A program made the translations under genes and the position numbers. The notes beneath the pieces are model-generated. The model was given only the letters and a program-made list of their open reading frames with translations, made no database searches and was not told the origin of the DNA. A stretch of DNA of 64,000 nucleotides from Eledone cirrhosa (lineage: Eukaryota). The stretch is from NCBI GenBank assembly GCA_964016885.1, contig OZ024742.1, forward strand, positions 293,074,001 through 293,138,000. Direction: 5' to 3'. Of this stretch, positions 55,120-64,000 are shown piece after piece (the stretch's first letter is position 1; each line of letters starts with the position of its first letter).

Positions 55120-57075
55120 CAATGGTGGTGGTGGTGGTGGTGGTGGTGGTGGTTTTGGTGGTGGTGTTAGTGATGGTAGTACTGCTGGTGATGGTGGTGG
55201 TGGTGGTGGTTTTGGTGGTGGTGTTAGTGATGGTAGTACTGCTGGTGATGGTGGTGGTGGCGGTGGTGGTGCCGGTGGTGGTGTTAGTGGTGGTAGTATT
55301 GCTGGTGATGGTGATGGTGGTGGTGGTGGTGGTGTTGGTGGTGTTGGTGTTAGTGATGGTAGTATTGCTGGTGATGGTAGTGGTGGTGGTGGTTTTGGTG
55401 GTGGTGTTAGTGATGGTAGTACTGCTGGTGGCGGTGGTGGTGACGGTGGTGGTGTTGGTGGTGGTGTTGGTGGTGGTAGTATTGCTGGTGGTGGTGGTGG
55501 TGGTGGTGGTGGTGGTGTTAGTGATGGTAGTGTTGCTAGTGGTGATGATGGTATTATTGTTGTTCTTGGTATTAGTGGAGGTGGTTGTGGTAGTGGTTGT
55601 GGTGCAGGCAGCGTTGGTCTAGATGTTGTTGTTGAGGTTGTTAGTGTAGATGTTGTTGTTGGTGTCAGTATTGTTACATTTGTTATTACTGTTGGTGGTG
55701 TTGTTGTTACTGTTGTAGGTGTCATTGTTACTGTTGTAGGTGGTGTTGTTGTTGTTGTTGGTGTTGGTGCTGTTGGTGTTGTTGTTACTGTTGTTGTTAC
55801 TATTGTTGGCGGTGTTGTTACTGTTGTTGTTACTGTTTTTGTTGGTCTTGTTGTTACTGTTGTTGGTGGTGTTGTTGTTACTGTTGTAGGTGGTGTTGTT
55901 GTTACTGTTGTTGTTACTGTTGTAGGTGATGTTGTTGTTGTTGTTGGTGTTGGTGTTGTTGGTGTTGTTGTTACTGTTGTTGTTACTGTTGTTGTTACTG
56001 TTGTAGGTGATGATGTTGTTGTTGGTGGTGTTGGTGTTGTTGGTGTTGTTGTTACTGTTGTTGTTACTGTTGTTGGCGGTGTTGTTGTTACTGTTGTAGG
56101 TGGTGTTGTTGTTAGTGTTGTAGGTGATGTTGTTGTTGTTGGTGTTGGTGTTGTTGGTGTTGTTGTTACTGTTGTTGTTACTGTTGTTGGCGGTGTTGTT
56201 GTTAGTGTTGTAGGTGATGTTGTTGTTGTTGGTGTTGGTGTTGTTGTTACTGTTGTTGTTACTGTTGTTGTTACTGTTGTTGGCGGTGTTGTTACTGTTG
56301 TTGTTACTGTTTTTGTTGGTCTTGTTGTTACTGTTGTTGGCGGTGTTGTTGTTAGTGTTGTAGGTGATGTTGTTGTTGTTGTTGGTGTTGGTGTTGTTGG
56401 TCTTGTTGTTACTGTTGTTGTTACTGTTGTTGGCGGTGTTATTACTGTTGTTGTTACTGTTTTTGTTGGTCTTGTTGTTACTGTTGTTGGTGGTGTTGTT
56501 GTTACTGTTGTAGGTGGTGTTGTTGTTACTGTTGTAGGTGATGTTGTTGTTGTTGTTGGTGTTGGTGTTGTTGGTGTTGTTGTTACTGTTGTTGTTACTG
56601 TTGTTGGCGGTGTTGTTGTTAGTGTTGTAGGTGATGTTGTTGTTGTTGTTGGTGTTGGTGTTGTTGGTGTTATTGTTACTGTTGTTGTTACTGTTGTTGG
56701 CGGTGTTGTTGTTAGTGTTGTAGGTGATGTTGTTGTTGTTGTTGGTGTTGGTGTTGTTGGTGTTGTTGTTACTGTTGTTGTTACTGTTGTTGGCGGTGTT
56801 GTTACTGTTTTTGTTACTGTTTTTGTTGGTCTTGTTGTTACTGTTGTAGGTGGTGTTGTTGTTACTGTTGTTGTTACTGTTGTAGGTGGTGTTGTTGTTA
56901 CTGTTGTTGTTACTGTTACTGTTGTTGTTACTGTTTTTGTTGGTGTTGTTGTTACTGTTGTTGTGGTTGCTGTTGTTGTATGTTGTTGTTACTGTTGTTG
57001 TTGGTGTTGTTACTGTTGTTGTAGTTACTATTGTTGTATCATTGTTACTGTTGTTGGTGGTGTTGTTATTGTTGT
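55120..57075. repeat. ~2-kb triplet-based satellite: GGT-type block (55120-55550), then TTG-type block with higher-order repeats
   Basis: Recurrent gttagtgatggtagtactgctggtg and gttactgttgttggcggtgttgttgttagtgttgtaggtgatg units. Confidence 0.9.
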
Positions 57076-57348
57076 TTAAAGGTAAGTTTCTTTTATTTGC
57101 CACTAGGGCATCAAAAGTGGGACAAGTACAAAGGGGGGAGTTTACACAAAAAGGCGTCCTCAATAAGGAGGAGGCAATAACAAAATATAAAAATAAAATA
57201 AGATATAACAAAAAATAAAATTTTTAACAAAATCCTCAATAGAGAGGAGGCGCCTTGGGGGGTCGCACACACCCCCGAAAAAAGTGTGCAACCCTTTTCC
57301 TCAGGAGCACAGAGAGGGGGTGCTCCCTCGTTCCTTCCTCTTTTCCAC

Positions 57349-60300
57349 CTACAGGCTTATGTAAAGAGAAGGCCCATTCACACAGGCCATTCTCGCCACT
57401 TTCACCCACCTTTCATAAAAACGACTGGGGTGCAGCACCTCTCTCTCCATCCTGATCCTTCTTCCGAAATGATATCGGAAGAAACGGACCAGTTGTTGGC
57501 CAGAGAGAAAGGTGCCTGACCTCAGTCCTTTCAGACGCGTCCACCATACAACCTCTTTCGCCATGGCTATTACGCACAGAAACACCGCCTCTGCTTCATC
57601 TTTGAAGGGGGGAGGCGGCTTGATCATTACAATAGACTCGGTGGTCAACCGGATCGGTCCCACCCTTGACAGCAGTTGTTCGACATAGCCCCACAGATCG
57701 GCTACGCCCGAGCAGTGTACCAATGCGTGTGCAACGGTTTCCTCGTCGCACACGCATCTGGGACAGATCTTTTTGGCGGGGTCCCTACCCGGGCGCCCGT
57801 GTCTGTAGAGCCTTTCTCGAACGGGTAAAGCCCCTCGGTAGCACTGCCAGGCCAGGGACTTCTGGAAGTTGTCCATAGGTCCCGGGCTGAATGTCCTACC
57901 GAACAGGCTGGCCAGTTCGTCCTCCTCCATGTCTAGGGCTTCTCCGAGGGCGTCGTCGCACCTGCTGCGTACCAGCCCTCTATAGAATGTTGCGGTGGAG
58001 TCTCCACTGATAACCGGATCCGCCTGCCAGAGGGCGGTGAGCGCCTGGGCACACTCAGTGTGCCAGGCGCCCAGTTTTCTCGGTCTTTGCTTGACCCAGG
58101 ATTGCAGCTCGGTGAGTGAGACGAGTCTGGGAAAGGTTCGTCTCACAAACGAGGCCCACACCGGTTGTCCGGTGAGGAATACGTAGAGGTGCCGTAGCCT
58201 TAATGCGTGTTTACGCATCATTAGCCACGGCATCCCCAGCCCTCCTTTCGAAGGGTGTTGACAGCAGATGGATCTCCTCACCATAGGAGCCCGCCTCTTC
58301 CAAAGGAATTGGAAGAGCGCGCGCTCCATCTTGGTGAGGGTTTCCCTTGGGCAGGGCACTACGGTCAGGCGGTAGTAGATGACGGACGCTATATAAGTGT
58401 TCGCCACCTCCGCCCGACCTTTCAGGGATAGTTTGCAACTGGCCCACTTCTGGGTCAGTGCAAACACCCTGTTCGTAACCTCCGCCCAGTTTTTCTCCAC
58501 CTGGAGGTCCGGTCCGAACCAGACCCCGAGCAACTTCACCGGGCCCTCCGTCCAGCGTCCGACGACGCCATCGGAGGGCATCGGTCTGCCCCTCCACGTG
58601 CCGAGTTGCAAACCGATTGACTTGTCCCGGTTCAGCTTAGCCCCTGTGAACTTTTCGTACTCCTCCAGTAAGGTGCCGACCGCCTCGATTTCGGAGGCCG
58701 TCGACACCATTACTGTCACATCATCGGCGTAGGCTGACACCGCAATCCCGGTTCCAAAGGGATGCCCTGCAACAACTCCAACTTCCGCAGTAGTGGCTCG
58801 AGAGTCAACACATACAGAAGGGAGGAGAGAGGGCACCCTTGTCGGATGGACCGCGCGATTTTGAACGGCTCCGAGAGGTAGCCGTTCAAATTGACCCTAG
58901 AGCAGATGCGGCTGCTGTGCATAGCAGTGATCCAGCCCCTGAAAACGGGTCCGAAGCCTGCCGCCGCTAGCACCGCATCCAGGTAACCATGGTCGACCCT
59001 ATCGAACGCCTTAGATTGATCCAAGTTGATCAGAGCCCCACCAAAGCCGGGTTCGTTCCCAACCCTCTCTATGATGTATCGCATGAGGTGGAGGTTGTCA
59101 TGGATGGACCTGGACGGGATAGCGCATGTCTGCGCATCTCCCACCAGGTTGCCCACGACAAGCGCCAACCTCTTTGCTAGCACCTTGGCCAAAATCTGTA
59201 ACTCTGTATTTAGCAGAGTTATGGGCCTGAAGTTACTTATTTCGTCCCCCTTGTTCTCGTCCTTCCTCACTAGCGTGACTACGCCCTTGGTCACAGTACA
59301 GGGAATTCTCCCGTTCTGTTGCCAGTTGCAGTAGACCGCCTCGAGGAGATCGGGGAACAAGTCCGGCATAGCTAGATATAATTCGTAAGGAAGACCATCG
59401 AGACCCGGGGATTTGCGTTTGCCGCATTGGCCCAGCACGTCCTCTATCTCAGCGGCCGAAATCGGCTCCTCGCAGGACTTCGCCTCCCTGTCCGAGAGGC
59501 GTGGCAGGCCGTCGAGGTATGGACCGAAGTCCACGTTCCCAACCGGCTCCCCGCCCCTCCCGAACAGTCGGGCAAAGTGCCTTTGAAAGGCTTCACACAT
59601 CTGCTTAGGCTCAAGAATCGCCCGTCCATCCAGGTCTCGCAAAGACCGGATGGTGGATTTAGTTCCACTGTTGGCCTCTGTCACGCGGGCCCAGCTAACA
59701 GCTTTGGCCCCCTCGTTCCCTAGAGCACGTATTTTACTTCGGACAACGCAGCCTTCGTGCTTCGCGTCGAAAAACTGGCTCAAAGCCGTTCTCGACGCTA
59801 GCACTCTGGCCACGTCGCCGCTTCTAATTGCCTCTTCTACTCTATCTATTAGCTCCCTTTCCTTCCTATTCCTATCCGCAGCTAGAACCTTACTAAATTC
59901 AATCGAGACTACTCTAATCTCTCTCTTTAGAGATACCCACCACCTGCTGTTGACGATCGCTCCAGTCAACCGTTCCTTAACTAACGTACTAATCCGATTC
60001 CTGTAGGCTCTACTTGCCGGCAAGGACAAGTTGAGCTTCCAGTAACCGGGGCCCTGTCTATGCGTTCTATCAAGGTTGACCATGCAGGTCACCAACTTGT
60101 GGTCTGAATAGCCAACCATGAGCATTTCTGGACAACTTAAAAAGTCCCTGTCCTTATTTCTAACTAAAAATCTATCTAGGTACGATCTAGATGATCCGCT
60201 GCGATTTGACCAAGACCAGGTTGGCACCGTCGGAAAATCTAGTCGAAATCTATCGGCCAGGTCAAATCGGCCGAGTAACCCCTTGAGGCTGTTGCACCCC

Positions 60301-60779
60301 TCTCTATCGGGACATGCCCCTGCATAGTCCCAACGTGCATCCAGGATACCATTCCAATCCCCCACTAAAAGCAGGGAACGGGACGTCCCTAGAAAAGACT
60401 CCAGACGCTGGAAAAAGTCGGGCCGCCCTGTCCCAAAAGGGGCATATGCGGCTATCAGCCTAAAGGCTCTACCTTCACCACTGCCAAGGTCCAGCACCAC
60501 CAGTCGACCCCCTGGGTCCAAGTGAACTATCTGTGTTGCAAGGCCCATATGTTTTTGCAGCAGAACGACAACCCCACCCCCACCTCCGGGCTGACAGAGA
60601 GATGCGTGCATCTCAAAGTCGTCAAAGGTGGGGGCTAGCTGTCGCATGCTGCTGATCCGGGCCTCGCAGATAACCATCACATTTATAGATTGTGACCTGA
60701 GGTCATTTAGAAGCATTGCTTGCTTCCAAGACGAGCCCAGGCCACGCGCATTTAGACACCCTACTCTTAGCACAGCCAT
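57349..60779 (-). CDS. Tx1 ORF2: APE + RT + C-terminal CCHC; one frameshift near 58760
   Basis: CLNARGL, GDWN, SYLDRF, YSDH, GYWKLN, KSPGLDGLP, FRPITLLN, LDQSKAFD, IRQGCPLS, AYADD and CPRC..ETVAHALVHC. Confidence 0.92.
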
Positions 60780-60834
60780 GTTGGTGGTAAAGAGAAAAGG
60801 CACTTACCTCTCTGCGTCCCGGGAAACGGGCCGC

Positions 60835-62435
60835 TCAATTTCCATGCTGGTTGGGGATGGGTTGTTGGGTGGGGTTGTGGTTTGTGGAAGTGAAGGGGCA
60901 TCGGTGTGTTGTGGGGTTGGGGTGTTTGTCGTTGAGTGGGTGTCTGGGTGGGGGGGGGTGAAATTTTTTAGGAGGACGCGGTTGATTGGTTTGGCGCAGG
61001 GGGGGGCCCACGTCCTCCGTGAAATTTATTTTCAGTGTTTTGTACAAGTGCATTGGGACTTTTATCATTTTCAAATGAGGTAGTCCCACAGCAGTTATAA
61101 AGTTTGGCCCTTCAGTTTGGACCGAAGGGTTTGCTGAAATTGTTTTCCGTAATTCTTTGTTGTCTGTGTTCATGTATGTGTATTGTAAGGTCTTTTTTTG
61201 TGTAGCAGTTAGTGTTGTGTGACAGGGAGGGGTGGTTTGTGTGTAGTTTGTGTTCTCTTGGGGGGGATTAAAGTTAACATGTGTGTCTGTGGTGCGTCTC
61301 CTCTTCTTTCTTTTTACTTGTTGGAAGGGATCTTTTTCGTCTTGCGACGAAAGAGGTTCGTCTTCCTTGTTGGGTGGGAGGGGTATGTTTTCTGGTAGTG
61401 TTTGCGGTGTGCGTGTTTTTGTATTTGTTTTGGGTGGGGAGGGATTGGGTGGGACAGTATTCTGTGTTATTTTTTCACGTGTTTGTTGTTGTTGTTGTTG
61501 TGGTGGTGGTGGTGGGGTTGTTGGTTTTTGTTGTTGTTGTGGTTGTTTTTGTTGTTGTAGTTGGGGTGGTGTTGGTAGCAGTGTTTTTTTCTGTGTGAGC
61601 TGGGGACAGGCAGCCCTCAGGTGACCTCTATTGCCACAGAGGTAACAGGAGGGACGCCTACCCTCCACAATAATGTTGAGGTGGGTACGGTCATCCAGCA
61701 TGACGCGCTCAGGGATTTGGGCGATGCGTTCTGGCCTTATTTGGGTCAGAACTTCGAGGCTCGTTCCACTGAACGCGTCGCCGGATGCCTTCCCTATTGA
61801 GATGAGGTTGTCCTCATCTAAATTGAGGAAACCGGTTAGTAACCACCAGTAGTTTATGTTTGGGGTGATGGTGGTTATCCATATCCTCTGGGTTTTTTTA
61901 CCCATGTAGGTGGGGAAGAAGGTGTAGTGTGTGGACCGAATTGGCGACACAGAGTATTTTTTTGCCGCCAATTCGTCTTTCATCAATATGGATAAACTCC
62001 CATAGAGTTTATCCTTTTGTATGAAAGTGATGTCTCTCATCGCGTCTTTCAAGACTAACTGAATTTCCGCTTGAGATGGTTGCGCTGGTTTCTTTGTTTT
62101 ATTTAAAATTGTTCGGAATACGACAGTTCGTAATTCCGTCTGTCTTTTTAGCTCCGGAGGTGAATGTATAGAAAACGAACCGTTTTCGCCAAAAGACACA
62201 TATTTCTTGGCTTTTTCCAGCATTTCTTTTGCTTTTGAAATATCTTCCAGCACATAAGCGACTGATAATTTAGCCGTTTGTGCAAAAGATATTTTGTTTT
62301 CGTTTTGGATATTAGTATTGTTTTGTTTCTCGTCGTTTGAGTTGTTTTCATCTTTGTTGTTGTTGTTGTCTTTCTCGTTTCGTGTGTGGATACTTGTGAC
62401 GTTTGTGTTGTTGTTTTTGTTGTCTTTATTGTTGC

Positions 62436-62466
<31 letters not shown>

Positions 62467-62643
62467 GTTTTCAAATTCTTGTGTAGTTGTGGCTACATCT
62501 AGTGGTCGGTCAACAGGTGAAGACAATTCTTCCTCTCTCTGACCTCTGCCTTTGGCATCTGCTGCTGTGACAGTGGCAGGGGGAAGCTGTGAGTATGACT
62601 TCCCCTTTCCTTCTTTGATTGATGGTGAAGATGCTTCAGCCAT
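60835..62643 (-). CDS. Tx1 ORF1, gag-like nucleic-acid-binding protein
   Basis: ~600 aa open frame; zinc knuckle CYLCGNRGHLRAAC; basic KRKKRRR; Asn-, Gln- and Pro-rich linkers. Confidence 0.88.
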
Positions 62644-63176
62644 TTTTCTCAAAATAGGGTTTTTCGAAGTTTTTCGAAAGATAAAATGTTCACAATACTA
62701 TTTCGCCCAAAGGCGCAGAATATTTTGAGAGACCGACCAGATCAAAATTTGACCTGGCAGTCCCTCTACAAAATGGTACAAAAATGAAAGTTTACAGTTT
62801 ACAATTTCCGTATGAATTTAAACAAAAACTTACCGAGCGAGCTCAGCACATGTGTCCATCGTGTAGTTGATTTGACACAGTAGTTAGTATGTTGGATATT
62901 TGCTTCATCTCTCTGTGTTCTGAGTTCAAATCCAGTCAATGATGATGATGATCATGATGATGATCATGATGATGATCATGATGATGAGGCTGCTAGTGTA
63001 GATGACGGTGATGATAATTACAATGAAATGGTAAATTAAAATCGAAATATCTTTTCATCTGTTAGTGATGAAATATCATATCCTTTCATCTGTTAGTGAC
63101 ATTAACATTTAGTCACAGACAGTTATTTTACTTTCACATTTAATGTTGATTAAATATGCAAATATACGCATGTATT

Positions 63177-63207
<31 letters not shown>

Positions 63208-63740
63208 TTTTACTTATATATATATATATATATAAGTAAAAATTAGCAAGAATCGAATTTCAGCTCAGGAATTAACGAAAAACACTTCCGAGTTGTGTGG
63301 CAAGCACTCGATAATTCATATGAATTAGAGCTACAACTTACATTAAAGGCCAAACACACTGAGATGGTGGTTAAACTAATCATCCGCACAGCGAAAAAAC
63401 GACCGTCTAATTTGGGTCAAGCAGATATAAAAATATAAAAATATATAAAAATATATATGGTTGAAAGTTTACCCGGACCCCTGGAGAGATGGTAAAATCC
63501 AGTATTTGGGTTTCTGCGGCTCCATAAGTCATTTACTGTCCGCTTACATAAAGGATGTTAGGTTTCTGGTAGGATGACCGAACTAGGAGGACGCGTTGTC
63601 AACGGGATTCAGTTCGATAGTCTACATAAATGTGTCTGTATATATATATATAGTTCAAAATGACAAATAAACAAACAAATGCAGGAGTCAATGGTACATA
63701 GTGTTATTAGCTTCACGCAAGGTGAAAATGGGGGGGGGGT

Positions 63741-63771
63741 TACGACGTTTCGGACATAAGTCCTTCATCAG
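63741..63771 (-). ncRNA. PLE-type minimal hammerhead core in a pLTR remnant (about 63653-64000)
   Basis: CTGATGA-a-GGAC-ttat-GTCC-GAAACGTCGTA; stem I not evident. Confidence 0.55.
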
Positions 63772-64000
63772 GAGAGTAGGGGGATGAGGAACTCCGAGAG
63801 GGAGTGAGGGGTGAGTTAACAGGAAAAACATGAAAGGATGGGAAAAATAGAAATAAAAATAAAACATGAAATCAAAATAAATAGAAACAGAATTAAACGG
63901 AATATATAAAAAAAAAACAGAATATTAAAAAATGAGAGGGGTCTATGGGTCCAGGAAGGCAAGGGTATGGTAGTGCGTAAGGGGTGGGTGGTGTTGAGAG

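Larger units (their letters stand above)
57076..62880 (-). mobile_element. Full-length Tx1/L1-clade LINE
   Basis: Two ORFs, short 5' UTR, 3' UTR with AATAAA (57092-57097); 5' boundary approximate. Confidence 0.92.

Noticed and set aside
53725-57211. His-, Pro-, Val- and Asn-rich ORFs (extensin- or prion-like)
   Set aside because: Triplet satellites open in several frames on both strands, with no domain or splice support.
58716-58836. Programmed frameshift in Tx1 ORF2
   Set aside because: It lies mid-RT just before YADD with no clear slippery site; a copy-specific indel or sequencing error is more likely.

Overview
AT-rich animal genomic DNA made almost entirely of microsatellites and retroelements. 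The SINE and LINE repertoire suggests a coleoid cephalopod, probably Octopus; this is inference, not a database result. No host gene is supported except one weak terminal-exon candidate. Retroelements: (i) a near-intact RTE LINE (ORF 4232-7777) ending in three C2H2 fingers; (ii) six ORF-containing copies of a second RTE-like LINE whose RT carries an internal PHD-type finger and whose 3' UTR is shared with a tRNA-derived SINE; (iii) a full-length two-ORF Tx1/L1-type LINE (57076-62880, minus); (iv) GIY-YIG Penelope-like elements (PLEs); (v) an R4/Dong-like 3' fragment. Also present are hAT- and piggyBac-type MITEs, Nin-domain SINEs and a ~3-kb-arm inverted duplication. The strongest signal not explained by the ORF track is a set of short 'palindrome + one-sided tail' inserts in (TA)n. 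Several carry type I hammerhead ribozyme folds, two with a U3-A8 covariant core, and in some the inversion centre falls at or next to the predicted self-cleavage site. A bipartite non-autonomous RTE derivative with a degenerate HDV-like fold is also present. All RNA folds were assigned by eye, and many element boundaries are approximate.
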